Positions 36,901-51,314 of a DNA stretch of 64,000 nt are shown piece after piece; the stretch's first letter is position 1; the number at the start of each line of letters is the position of its first letter. The DNA is from Balanoglossus misakiensis (Eukaryota > Animalia > Hemichordata). The DNA lies in contig CM082591.2 of NCBI GenBank assembly GCA_040954595.2, positions 2,966,259-3,030,258 of the forward strand, in the 5' to 3' direction. Both the position numbers and the translations under genes were made by a program. The notes beneath the pieces are model-generated. The model saw nothing but the letters and a program-made list of their open reading frames with translations, searched no databases and had not been told where the DNA came from.

Positions 36901-39338
36901 AAAATGCCAGTCATCTGGTGTAGTTTGGGGGGCGCGCGGAAATGGGTCCCGCGTTCTATAATGGCACACCCGTGTTCATTTCCCGGTAACCATGGTAATG
37001 ACGCCCCGACGCGTAATAACCAAGGAAATAACACGTCTGTCTGAAAGGAGTGCGCTGTGTTGAAAATGCCACCAATTTCATGCAGTAGTGGGTAGAGTAA
37101 CACAGTGCAGCGATAATTTCAGGAGAAACAAGTGCGAGGCCTATAGATATAAAACTGACTCAGTTGACAATCTGTACACACTGATGAAAAAACACAATTC
37201 GTAATATGCCAAGAATATAAGATTTGGCGATTTTAAGGCTTACGGCGATAAAAAATACACGTGCAGCGTGTGGGATAGTCTATCGTTCGCGGTTGTAAAT
37301 TAATGCTTTTTTCATGTTGGCAATTATGCCAAGTTTCGCATTTCTGGGGTTTTCTGCAAAAGTGCGCTGTAAAATGATGCGCCTTCGTGATTTCCGCCAC
37401 GTAGAGCGAAGAACGCAGCGTAGTTCGTTTTTGAATCATCCCAGACACGTAGTTTGCCACATTTGGTGTCATCACATAGCGCCCAGCCAAACAGCCTCCG
37501 GAGACATTTCCGTTTGAACTAGTGCAGCTATTTACTCCGCGGTAAAAAAACCCGTCTCTGATAAGAGTATTCAACACCCTCCGTGAAAGGAAAACCGTGT
37601 TACATTTCCTACCTACTCGAGGTGAACCATTGCCATACGCAATGAAGCGGTAGACACAAAGCTGAAATTATCGACAAATGAGACTTGCCTAACAACTGCA
37701 TGATAGGAAACTTTCCCCGAACCGAGTAATTACTAACGAGCGTGACGTGAATGAAGTCTGGCCAGGTGGTGTAGTATTAAAAAAGCGCTTGACATTTATT
37801 CTGTGCCAATCACTAATCACTGATTTTTTTCTCTGCCACACCTGTTCAATGATTATTGCGTCATCGATACCATGTCTGAATCGATGTCTTACGCGGCAAA
37901 TCAAACCTATCGCATTTCGACAATTTCTGTGCAGACGATAGACAAACTTCTTACATGCTTGGCAAGTACTGTTCAAGTGGATGGAATATTGCACACAAAT
38001 CAATAATTTCGATAAAAAAAGACATTACCGAATGTCTAATATTGTAACTGCGCCTCGAAATTATTACCTCGATGAAATGCATCAGGCAAATCTCAGGGAG
38101 AAGAGGTCACAGTATCCTTTCCGAATCCATCACATTACGTAAGCAAGATCTTAAAATTTCTTTTCTTATCCTAACTGAGTTTGTAGATGGTTTACGTTTC
38201 TGTGACTGGATCAAACTGAAACCTAGTTGATACACGGAACATGCATATATGAAATGTGCCAAAAATACAATTAAGTCCATTTGACATACTGGAAGTCTAT
38301 TATGATAGTCATGTCTTGATCTTCAACTCTCGATAAGTGCCCTGGCAAGATTCTCGCTGTTCCCCTGACAACGACTGTGCAAATAAACTATTGGAACGAA
38401 AATGAGTTATTTTAAAGTCAGTCGAGCCCCGACAAGTCTAATATTACTTCACAAAATAGAATCTGATTTCACAGAAGTAGCTCTAATGGTATTCAAGAAC
38501 GGCGGCTGGTGTCGATATTTCTAAATAAAGCGAGTGCAGGTCAGAAGCGAAGTAGGAAATCGTTTAAATTTAAAAGGTCGTTTGACTTCCTTTTTTATTG
38601 GGAGTAGGCCTTAATGGTGCACTTTTCTCAATTTCGCAAATCACTTCTAACCGTGTTACGCTCTTTGCAAATGGACAGGTGTAACAGTTGATGTAATAGT
38701 CCTATTAAAACTCTCCTTGTGTCAGGTTGCCAATTGTACACTTTTAAAATTAACTTTGCGTCGCCATTTGTAGCGTTGCTTCATGCATTTACAAAACCAG
38801 CAAGATGTATACCCATCTTCATCCCCCTCCCCACACACACAGCTCAGGAATCCGTGTTAGTGAGTGGCACACGCAGAAATAATTGAGCCGATCCAAATTA
38901 AGGACAATAGCGGAAGAGATGTACACATATGAATCTACGTGTCCATTTGCATGGTGTTTAAATCACCGGTGCTCACCTTTGCACGTATACAAGTTCATAA
39001 GTATAAAAGACAATACGGTAAGGCTTATGTATGGCCAAACGCAAGGAAATACATGTACATGGAAATCTTTCTCTACTTACTTCAACGTAAATTGCTCCTG
39101 GCATGACAACCAATCCAACTAGGAGATCGGCTACCGCAAGACTAACGATGAAGTAATTGGTGATATTCCGTAGGTTCCTCTCCTTCAACACCGCCAGACA
39201 GACCAGGACGTTTCCGAAAACAGTGACACAGGCGAAGAGTGCTATGCACACCGCCCAGTAGTTTTTCCCGCTGGCGGGTCCGTCATCCTGATCGCCGGTG
39301 GCAGTCGTGGACGTGCCGCTGTACCCGTCCGTGGACAT
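33911..39338 (-). CDS. DRD2: D2-like dopamine receptor (class A GPCR). Exons 39338-39081, 35340-35228, 35051-34384, 34107-33911
   Basis: TM1 [11 protein letters not shown]2 [11 protein letters not shown]3 [22 protein letters not shown]5 WSSVFSF, long third intracellular loop ending [25 protein letters not shown], and a short tail ending in Cys ([11 protein letters not shown]). D2/D3/D4 subtype cannot be resolved. Confidence 0.9.
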
Positions 39339-42300
39339 ACTGCTTGAGTTGTTGCCGTTCCCCTAGAACGCTGCGCAGTCCGTGGTGTCCTCAGCTGTTG
39401 CTCGGTCTGAAATGCGAAACCAGAGAGTGAGATGCATGCCCGATGTGTCTATCGTTGCCTGGAAACACTTTGTTTGAACGGATGTGTTACAATGATTGGG
39501 TATACGCGAGAAATGTTTCAGATGCTCCGTTTTATACGTTGGACAGCGCCAGACCAACGCACCAATCACATGGAAGGTCTTAGGTACTCGCCTGAAATAA
39601 TCAACGTCGACCCACTGGTAGCCCTGGCGGCATTACTCCTTCTCAATGCTTTAACCAGGAATGAAATTCACTGTTTCAATTGACGCATGCGCTGCATTGC
39701 CGTCTTCCTGGGAATACTCTAGCCTATTGGATGCCTTCGTTTTTCGTTACCTTTCCAGTGTATGTGTGGATTAAGCATTGGGATGCTTCTGCAGATTTGA
39801 CAGTATGTTGTATTGCCTGTGTCTTGTCAATCTGTGCATTTTGGGCTTAGACCAGGTGCTACCATTTCAATAACCTGTTGACTTTTAGAGAGTCTATTTC
39901 CGAAGAATTACCATTTAGACGAAGAAATAAACAAGGATGGCCTGGCAATGAACCTTTAAAAATATACCATGTTTTCCGTTCGCCCACCCACATGAAGAGA
40001 CCCAATGGCCAAGAGAGGGAAATAACCAAGTCTCGCGAGGTCTCGCAATGGGCGGAAAATCATCTATTTATTAAATGTGCCATCGAACAAAGCCCTCCGA
40101 TACCGACAATCAAGGCCAACTAGCTGTATCGTTTCTGAATAACAGTTGAGGCTCTTCCTGTTGTCTAATGAACACACGTGAATGCCATAGATATTTCCTC
40201 CGCCCTTGCAGGTACGGCTAGTCGGTAGCCATTGAGCAGTTCTAAGGATGCTGTTTGTGCTTTGATCTTTGCCGATTTTCTTCCTTGGCAAGTATTTGTC
40301 AGTGAATAATGAGTACTACTGTAGTTTTACTTGTCTTCTACCCAGACAACGTTCATTAAGTCGTGCCAATTACACAATACAAGTATACTAATATCTAATA
40401 CATTTCTTGAAGGAAAACGTTACTAAATCAGCCACTAATAATGAGAAAGGGAAAACATTCGATGAGAACTTAATGTGCTTTAACAATACCCAAGATTTAT
40501 ACCTGATGAAGATGACACACTCGATTTTTTATGACGTCAGAACAGACCACCGACGGCCAAGTTGTTGACATTCACGTGATTTAAGTTAAATTGGTGCAGA
40601 TGTAAGAGCAATGGCAGGCATATCTCTTAAACAGTTATTTCGAATTTGTCCATCCCATATCTTCATTCTTGAAAGAAAAATATCATCTGTTCGTATAGAA
40701 CAATCTTCTGCAATTCCCTGTTTGATATCTGAAATATCATACCTATTATGCAATTTTCCCTTTCACAAACATTAACAGTCGAAGCGTTCTAATTGGATGG
40801 AGAAGCTGAGCTCGCCATCCACGTCAAATTACCGCCGTTGCTATGGTGACTACTACCAAGGATAACTGTTATCCTTTAATGCCACGTGATATCCTTCCGC
40901 TGGCGCAACAAAACATCTATCCAAGATACTAAATATAACGTTGGCATTGGATGTGCCCAACATGAAGGGACATCATTTTCTAGTTGGTCGCAAAACTTGA
41001 CATTTTCTCAAATTAGTCAACTAGTTTTTACAAAGAGTATTCCTGCTTCACCGAGTTTGTGTGGGAGTAGACTTCCCCAGTTTAGGTGACTGAGAATGCC
41101 AAGTCCATTAATGGCGGATATTTGTGATTCTGCATCGTTTTTAGTTTACATCATGCTTCGTAAACCAGAAAAGGCACAAATTTATACAAATTTTTAAGGG
41201 TAGAAGCGAAAAAGTAGCGTTCTCGTTCTCATTCAAAACCATGACGAAAATCGGCCGTAACACACATAACTGAACAATATAAAAAAGCCACTTGATAAAT
41301 GTGCAGTACAATTTTCTCTTAAAATACAAATAACTATTCTTGAATTAAAGAAGAAACTGCCCAAGTTTCAATGCTACTTTACTAAAAGTTGACGTAAGCA
41401 AACAGAACACACAGCTACAAGTGCATTTGATATCACTGTGAACGATTTGTGAGATTCGTGTTTCTGAAACCAACCCGGACTAAACAACTGCAGCGAAATT
41501 AATATTCAGCGTGAGTATAGGAAGTATTCACCTTATCACTCAGAAGGGGGTAATTTTGTTGAAAATGTGTTTTTGAAGCATGTGGACAGGGTGAAAGATT
41601 TTCAATTTCCCTTTGCAAATAAGCATTTATTCACCTTCTTATGCGCACTGTGGGAGTTCTCGTCTGTGATTGCTGCCGGAAATGCATAGATATTTTTCTG
41701 TCAACTGTGGTTCTTGTTGAAAGGTATTCTGAGCAGCGCAGACCTGTTTTGATAGCTTTGGATATTCGTCTGTTGAATCTGTCATTGAAAGAAGGTATTC
41801 ATTTTTTTAAAATTCACGACTGATAAGGTACTGCGCTGTAATATTCTTGTGAGAAGTGCCTTGTTATCACATAACCTAGGTATAGGAGTTCGGCTTAAAT
41901 AGGAAAAGGGAAATCTGACGATTATTGAAGCTAAGCTTAAGCCAGAGTCCTAACCAAGCAAAATCCAAGCTTTTAATGGGAAGTAATACCTGAATAGACT
42001 TCAAGTTGAAATCTCACCTGTCACATTCTATTTTCCTGTACATGATGGACAATATCGTATGTGTAAACGGAGGTCACCAAACCGCCATATCAGCTGTTCT
42101 TTTAATTAGTAGCCCGCTGTTGGAAGATTGTCGTGGTAGTTTAATCAACAGATCAATTTATAACGTGCAGTTAGGGGAGAACTATTTTATTTCTGGGGGT
42201 GGGTTGGAGGACCTATTTTGCTGGCAGATGGTGCAGGGAAAAATCTTATCCCGCAGAAATGATCTTCCGTGGGCGAAGGTCGATACAGCGTGTCTCACGT

Positions 42301-43588
42301 TTGTCGTTTCATTTTGTTACTGGCTGTCAAATATTGTAACCTTAGAGCTCTATCATTTTGCTGCTTCTAAATGTGGACTAATTCCAGTCACAGTTATCAC
42401 TTGGACACATCGAGGTCAATTACAAACGCAGAAATTTCATTTCCTTTCAGACAGGCGTTTATTAACCTATAAGCGACTCTTGAAAAACTAAAATGTTCAG
42501 GTTGTAGGCAGAATGATTGCCTGAGGGTTGGTGTGGGACCTAGAGACATCTGATCACATTCATGTAATTCCTCTCGCCCAAAGCTTCCAGGTAAAATATC
42601 ATGTATCGGTTTAAATGATGAAAAAAACACAAAAGTCGGCGTTTACAACTAGACACAGATTCACACGAGAAAAGCTTGAAGTCGAGTTTTTTCTCTGTAA
42701 TTGGAAACCCACGTACTTCGTTTTGGCACTTAGGCAATAAACATCTCTTGCAAGCACTCTTCAAAAGCCCTACATTAATTATTGACCATCTCAAGTAGGC
42801 TCGATTGAAGATCAGTCTTGGGATTTGATAACGCCTCTGTTGAAGGAAAACCTCAACCTGAGTTATATTAGATTACGATACTTATCTCACTGATCAAACG
42901 TCGACGGCACTGGTCGCTTGAGAGGTGCTCTTTGCTGATTACCTCTCAGTGAGTTTTCAACAAACCCTTGTGGTTTTCTTCAACTGACAGATATTCACAG
43001 ATTTCAAGCGCGCACTCATGCATGTATGTGTATATACTGTGCATGTAATTCAGTTTGTACATTTGTGAGCAAGCATTGGTGGGTGGGGGATGATAAACAG
43101 AGACACGGAGACAAAACCTTGTCAACGACCAAAACGACCTACATATCTCAGCTGAAATCTTACCCTTGTACTCTACAATCTGCATCCAGTTCTATAAACC
43201 ACATAGGCCAACAGGAGATTAGATGTTGAGATGTTATAAGCGTTGTTAGTAGCAACACGCCGCATTTAGTTGGAATGCGGGAACAATGCCCACTGCTCGC
43301 AAAAGAACGAAATCCGGTATTAATCTCTGTTGCGGAAGTTAATGGCATGTCAATGTTGGCAAGCACATGTTTATCAAGCATCAATAACGTTCACTTTCCA
43401 TCATGTCGCTATTCATCGATTGTGTCAATGACTCTATTGTACAGAGCCTAAGCAATCGTTTTAGTCTCACTCTTTAAGAGATTGACCCTTCTACCCCTAA
43501 ATGCTCACCAATCACCAACAGGCCTTTACACGTATACACGCTCACTGTGTTTTATTCAGAAGGTCGCTTGGTGGACTATCACTATTCT

Positions 43589-43679
43589 TTAACCCTTTCA
43601 CCCCCAGTTCCTTCTAGAGGTCCAGGTTTACCATAGAAAGCAATGGATTTGGACCAATCCATTGTGGTGAAAGGTTTAA
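43589..43679 (+). mobile_element. ~90-bp piggyBac-like MITE, copy 4
   Basis: ttaaccctttcacccccagttcc...ggtgaaaggtttaa. Confidence 0.75.
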
Positions 43680-46600
43680 CTTTGGCGAATGGCGCCTTCA
43701 TTTTGTAAAACCTACGTATAACCACTCTTGATACGTTTCCGTAACTTCACTGAACACCCTGTGCGAAAACAATATCTTGAACCAGGTTTCTTTGTAAGAA
43801 ACGCTGGGTTCCAAAAACCTGCCGTGGCATGGATCTACGATTGGTTCCCAATCGTGTGGTCACTATGGTAACACATCTCCTCGAAATCATGCATGTGTTA
43901 CTAAGTATACTTATTAGATGATAGAGTAAAGTTGATGGTACATCGAGATCATCAGGGGGCTCCGGTCTTCCTCATTTCGGAAGGGAAACCACTCGACTCC
44001 CTGGCAATTCCGCGGCATTTACGACGAAAACAAGTATTAACATCAAGAAAAGTACAAATTTGTCACGAAGTTGTCCGCATGCAACATTATTATAGCTGCG
44101 GTCCAGTCATCGTACAAAGGGAAACATGTTTCTCTCGATATGTCCTCCGACTAATAGAAAAGAAACCATGAAATTTCCGTAAACAATGTCTAAAAACCGC
44201 CAGTTTCTTGGAAATCAAAATGTCAAAGAGTGTTACGTTCCCTGTTTTCGTTTAAAAGTTTGGGCTTCGCAACGACTCTGAAACTAGGTGAAGACACGCC
44301 TAGAGGGGACTTTGATTCCTAGCTATTGTGGCTACCCAGGCAATTTTCCATTAATTACTTAACAAAGACGTTCAGTCTAATCAGTGTACAGGTCACTTCG
44401 TAGCTTAGGCTCTTGTTTCTTGTTCACAAACCCCATTGGCTACACTACGACGTTGGAATATTAACTAGCGACTTTAAATCCCAGCTTGAAGTACTCTCCA
44501 AGACACAGCTGAATTCAGCCACATTGTAATTTTTTTCTAATCTGAACATTAGATTCGAAATTACTACGTGGAATTATCTTACCTGGGGTAAAGGAATGTG
44601 CAGTGCGTACAAAATGACCCGATTTCCCCTTCAAACTATGGTGAGCACGATCAGTCAATATTCTGTCTTTATTTAACCTTGTTCTGTGCCATTTCGGAGC
44701 TTGTTTCTCTTCCTTCAATGTGACGGTTGTGTAACGTGTAAATAAATGAGCTGGTTAAACTTGATTAAACCCGAGTATACCTCTATTGTCGAGGCTCGGT
44801 CGTTTTATTTAGCATTGGCGACTACAAATATCCACGACCCATAATGATGACGGTTGTCGAGTTATAATATTAAAGTGATGATAATGGTTGACGTCTTATA
44901 CATATTAGGGGACAGTTCGCAAATTTACAAATCGATTGAATTTCATTTACAAACCAACGCACTTTTCTAGTTTGCAAATATTTGCTAATCTGCGCAACCC
45001 GGCCATTCAAAAGAAATGTGTTTGCATCTTTTGCGAGTAACGTTGAACAAAAGAGATACATTGTCCGCTAGATGATATAAATAAATGTTTCAAACTAAAA
45101 ATAGGATTTTCTTTATAATCATTGCAGTCGATTAAAGAAATCACAATAACGTGAATTCACCTCCACAAATAAATCAACTCTGTAGCCAAACTCATAAAAA
45201 TATACATGGTAACATAGATATTAGTTTATTGTTGTATCTAAAGAAGTAATGCAAACTTTAATATCACAAAATGGACAGACTTAGGAACTTTCGTATTTCT
45301 GAAGAAAAAACATGTCCCAAGGCACATTTTTTCCCTTAATTTAACGTGGTTTTCATCCTTTGTCCTATTTTAACGTAGAGGCCAGTGCACTCTTTTCTTC
45401 TACGAACCCATGAATGTCTAGTTTTAAAATGATTAACATGCGTCGGCGCCCGTGGGCATCAGCGCGTCGGTTTCTGCAATTATGTGATTCACGTCATCTA
45501 TATTTTGCAGCAGAAATATGATCACCAAAAACGTTTAAAATCTCTAAATGATAACTAATGATCACTAAATGCCCGTCCGTTCTATTATCTCGGTTAATTT
45601 TTCTTTCAAATGATCTAAAAGGGAGCATATTTAAGAACATCCTGTCGTCTGCCCGTTGTCGCCAGCGCGAGCTCTGCCTTGCAGACTACAGCTGAATCAC
45701 GATGCGGAAATATATCCTTTGGCATCGAATATGATTACAAAGAAAATAAGACTTAGGTTTTAGACGTCAGGACGTTCACTAACGAGTCTGTATAAGTTGT
45801 GTTTTGTCGTTGTTAAAATAATATCAGGTACCGCGTAAACATTAGGTTATGTGACTTATCTTTCAGACGTCGTGTCGTTCACAAACGATTGTTTTTGTGG
45901 TTATATTTTCAGCAGGCACCGCCTAAACATTGGGCAAATGTTGCCTTGACCCTATATGAATAAAAGTAGTGTTTGTACCTCATTTAAAGAAAAAGACCCT
46001 TCCATAAAAGCATCATTTGTGTCCAGACGTTTATGTATTAGACACAGTGGTAATAAGAAAGGCATTGTAACCTAAGGAAACGTTCCAGCTGATTGAAGGA
46101 AACAGTGTATACTCTAAGGGAAATTAACTCATCCCCGCCCTGAAGATTACATAATAACCAGCCACTTTCCCTAAATTGTCTTCCATTAAATTACAGTTCC
46201 TTGATAGCAAGCAAACACGATGCAAGGCAGTCTGCAGGTTCATCTTGCCATATATGTAAGGTTATATCAATATTCAAAGTGTTGTACTAAGAGTAAGACG
46301 CAAAAACCTTCCTATTTGCAAGAGGCAAAACAGCGAGTCTGTACTTGGGCCGTAGTCTTCCGCATGCCTTCTCCGGAGCAGTGACTGTTCTAACACTGGT
46401 ACACACCGCTGACGAAAAATTGCGCAAACCAGGCAGGGTAATAGAAACGGCAAACGTAAAGGAGACCGACTGATCTTCTTACCGCCCAATTTAATTCCCC
46501 TTTCCTATTTTCTGATTGACCCCAATTTCCCTTACTCAGATAAATACCCGGACGTATTTCGAAAGATTACGGCGGCATATTGTACCTCATTTACAGAAAA

Positions 46601-49600
46601 CGATCTGATCAATTTGAGTTTCTCTGGCAAAACACATTTGTATGGTGGTAGGCTTTTTATTAAGAAGTACACACATACCACTGATGCCATAGAAACGGCC
46701 AATCACTGGAAATCCAGAGAATAGAAAGTCCAAATTATACGTAACTGTCATAGCGAGCCGCCAAGCTATACAAGTTACATTGAAGGGAATTGTCGTGTTG
46801 GTGCATATTTGAAAAAATCTGGCGACTCAGTGAAGAGTTCTACGCACTCAGCTTAGCTATAAAAACCTTCGCAAATAATTTCAGATATCTCGTTAGAAAT
46901 ATAAATAAGTACACCGTTACATGTCTTGTGGAAATAAATACCTGTTGATATCTCAGTGTGGAGTTTGTGCGATGGCCGCCATTTTCAGAGTATCATCTCC
47001 TTCAGTGAACGAGAAATGTCTCATAGAAATGTAATCCAAGCTGGGTATAGAGTCCCGTTTCATGCCCATATACTTCAGGTTAAAAGCAATCTCATTTCTC
47101 CTCTGAAAGGATAGGTTTCATACCTAAATAACAATGCTACACGCTGATGGGAAATACGAAGCCCATACTCGTTTACAGCAAGATGTTTAGTAATTAGAGA
47201 CAATGACGTTTTCCCCATTGTGTACGACAGAAGTGGATGGAAATTAAATACGCCTTGGCGTTCTTTTTCCAATAAGTACTTATCAATTTAAATCTACCCT
47301 TAAATTGTAAAGAAAGGCTTTACTTTTTTCCATATCGCGTCCCGGTGTAATGTTACAGGTGTTAAAGCATGCCTTAGTACCCCGTCCCCAGTAGACGATC
47401 AAGGCGCGCAACCTGAACTATATTGCCAGAATGGTATGCGCACGTGACACAAACTGGTTTGAGTAAAGAAATTTCTCTTTGTCTGTGTTTCAACGAACGA
47501 TTCCAAAAGTTCTCAAGTTTTCACGGGGTATCACGTGAACACATTTTACTCACCGGTGATTTCAAAACTTTCAAGTACAATGGTACCTGAAGCCGTAAGC
47601 TGACATACACGCGAGCCGGAAGTGCGCAAACGCTACCCGAAAATTACTGCCATCCCGTGGCAGTTGTGGCGTCTGTGAAAATCCCCTTAAGCCGACGGGT
47701 ACCTAGTACCATGCAAATTAATGTGGATCACACCGCGTGTACAAATGTCACCGGTGATGGGCACAGCCGAATCGGTCACTGTTACTGCCAAATCTTAGGC
47801 TGTATTTGACTACGGCTGGCTCCATCCAGCTAACGTTACATTTCCCCAAGGGCCAAGGCAGTGACATTTTCGCTTCAGATGTTCCTCCATCGCAGCGGAA
47901 ATTATACCATGGTTTCGTGGTAATGCCTGCCTTTCAGATGTCAGTCATCTTTGCTGGGCATGATTTCATGCCAGGCCGGTTCCCTTCAATCAGAACCCCG
48001 CAACAGAAAATAATCCTGCCTTGACGAGCCCTATTGGATTTGCTCAAAGTCGCCCTTAATATTGTTGTTTTCTCGGGGGGACGTAATTGTTTCTGATTAA
48101 ACCCAGCCGGATTTCCCAAGGAAGTGCATATTCGAGCACTTTGATGATTTAGAAACTCTGGTATCACCCAGAGATGCGTGTTTGAAGTTACTGCATGCAA
48201 ATGTGTACATGACAACGGGCGCATCTGTTTCTGTATTACATGCAAATTGTAAATTTGGTGAGCCAATCAGAGGACAACTCGCCTGCATTGTGTTCATCCC
48301 ACACGTTCACGTAATCGATCCCAAATACGTGAGAAATAAACAGACAATAAACCAAGTAGATTTTTTCCGCTGAGACTTCACGCGCCGATAGGACTCCCCG
48401 CTTCCGTTTTCTAGGGACGACTGCCACAATATACTTATCAGGCAAGCGTGCAACAGAATGTTTATCATCTAATATGAAAATGGGGTGAAACATGTTCTCT
48501 GAGTAACCACGTCAGTCGAAACAATTTCTGATCTGTGAAGCGAACAGTTGACCATAAAATACCCCTCAAGTGACACGAATGAATGACTCAGAGCATACAT
48601 CAGCGTGCTTAGAAGTTAGGAAATGGTAAACAAAACGCACAGAGAATGTAAACACGGCAGTTTAGCCTACACGCGATCGTTCTGGCCCTGTGTGTACAAT
48701 GGATTCTGTCGGGGGATTCAAACTTCTTGACTTTAACATCTCAAGGGATAAATCTTAACATACTAAGAAGACGGTTTCATTGCGCCATGCAGGGTATTTA
48801 CGCGAGTGATAGACAGTTTTGAAAAAGACGTGAATCTACAGCGTTGTCTGTGAATAGGCACGTTGAGTAGGATGCAGAGCATGACGAACCCATACTTAAT
48901 TGTTATGTTTTGCCCAATTTAAAGGTTCTTATTTGAAGATAAGGACAACCGAGGTCCATGTTGAGTTGTGGGGAAAGATAGCACTGAATACTGTCCCTGA
49001 TTAAAATATCATTTTAAGTGGAATAGAAGGTCATTCCAACTGGATATCGGATGATGAACTTTACACAGACTCTAACACGGTTAGGTGTAAGTCTAACACG
49101 GTACGGCTTTCTTTGAGAAATTAATATTGAGTTCTAGAGTTGTTTCCATCCCAGAAAATCCATAATCTCACGAAATCTGTATTGTATTTCATATAATGGG
49201 TGGGCAGTGTCTGGATTGGCGTGATACTCAAAACTTAGGCTGTAATTCAGTGAATATATAAACCTGTATTCATAGAAAGCAGTTCGCCTTTCTGTGTACG
49301 ATTCTGTACTTGGTGTAAAACATGATCTCGAGGTCAAGGGTAAGTGGTCTCTTGGAATAAATCTTCCCTTGACATCTGACTTCGATCTCAGAACAAATAC
49401 CGCTTTGGATTATAGTATGACAGAGTTCGACAATGCGTCATAAAGTTCATCACATGTCAATAAAAATCATTGTAGGCTGTTGCTGGTTTGCCTGAATTTA
49501 ACACACAAGTTGAAAATTGCTGAAGATTACATTTCATCATAAATTCTCATTCGCGAATATCATATCCTCATTTACGGTTGTAGTTAGTTACCAAGCGTGG

Positions 49601-51314
49601 TATCAAACATGGCAGGTCAACTCCGCGGTATTCAAAGCGATGATCATTTCGTAAAAATGTTATAGAACCACGTTAACATCACAAGTAATACAACCTACCT
49701 TAACTTTCGACCGCAGAGCAGGCGAGAAGTCTACTGTCACCAATTGTTAAGCTTAGCAAAACCAGCTTCTATCTGTTGCCTTGTTGGTCGTACAGACAAT
49801 CACATGTTGAGAAAGTTTTGCGGTGACCTGAAGATCAGGTCACCCATGCTAAGGGTCAGTAGCGTCTCAGTCTGCCGTACACTGATGTAAGTGTGTGGAT
49901 GTATATGTTTGTACATACTACATCACTCACATCTGATAAATGAGTGCGTAGTACACGTGTTGTGTGTCTTGAGTCTAGATTGTTCAAATCACAGTCCCTG
50001 AGTCCAGTGGTCATAACATGTAACTTTGAGTCAGAAACGCTCATTGATAGTATAGGCTCAGAATTCACTAAATTAGTTTTTTTTTTATTGCTAAGACGTT
50101 AGATTTTAGATTTAATAAAATACTAGTGGAGTAGTTATGAGGAATAACAATATTTTTTTCTTAAAATAAGAAGGGTTTGGTGACGTAATTCTCTCAACAG
50201 GGTTGGCAGTCTGAGTCAGATGTCAGTGTTAACACGTTGGGAGAGAATTCATCTCGCGGCAAATGTCGGCACCCCAGCCACACAGCGAGGCGTTGATCAG
50301 CGATCTTTCCACCAATGGACACGTGATGATAACATCGTTAGTCAGGTTTACACAATCGATCGCCGCGAGAGCTTCGAGCACTCCGATGCCCAGTTGAGCT
50401 ATTTGGTCACAGATCTATGCTTTTTAAAGAATTTTTGAGCTGGCCCAGCACTTTGCTGGGATAAAAGCAATGCTCGTCGACCCGATTCTGATCTTGTGTT
50501 CTTACCTTTATCTCGCTGTCACATCATAACTACTAATCGCAAAAATCTTCTCGAATTTCCCTCAGGCCATGAGTAAAATATTTCTATCATATCGTTAAGA
50601 TCGACCTTGGGTATACGATTGGAAGTGTTGATGTCCAGATCTGGTGATATGCATATTTCAACTTTTTATGAGCCAACGTGTGCGTATGTTCATATTTTAT
50701 TTTTTGAGGAAAGATATCCTTCACATAAGAGCGCTAATATGAATCGTTAGAGTTAGGGTTTCAAGAGACATTTTGATGACACACTGATTATAACAGCTCG
50801 GTTTGTTATCTCTTTCCTGGAAAAGAGTGTTTGTCTGTGGAGTTCTGAGAGCGCCTGACGTCCTTACATTGGCTTAATTAATGGACCGAAGCCCTTTTAA
50901 CCATCTCATGGTGTTTGTGAATTTTCCAGGAGGATTGAAGTCTAACGAAATGAAAATTGTGTAAATCCGTAACCATGGCAATGATTTAATTTCTTCACAC
51001 TGCGAGAAACCTTAATTGCAAAGAGGCGGCTTCTGCTGTCAGGTTCTTGTTAACTGTTTTGCGGGGTTTCTTGTTCGTTTTCAAAGACGGCGGCTACGAC
51101 ACGACTGTGCTCAGTGACAGAAAGTCAAGAGGCTTCTGTAGCAAACAAGTTGTTTGGCGGCGTTAAGTGTATCAGCGCCCACTGGGCTCGCAGTTCATCG
51201 GAGGAATCGACGCGGGCGCACTGATCTAAGAAGATGTGCGATCACTGTTCATTTCATCTTTAGAGGAACCCAGCGACGCGGAACACAAAGCTCACCACGC
51301 GTATATGTATATAC

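Noticed and set aside
42006-42491. 161-aa ORF in the intergenic interval
   Set aside because: Non-ATG start, no recognisable domain, no splice or codon support.
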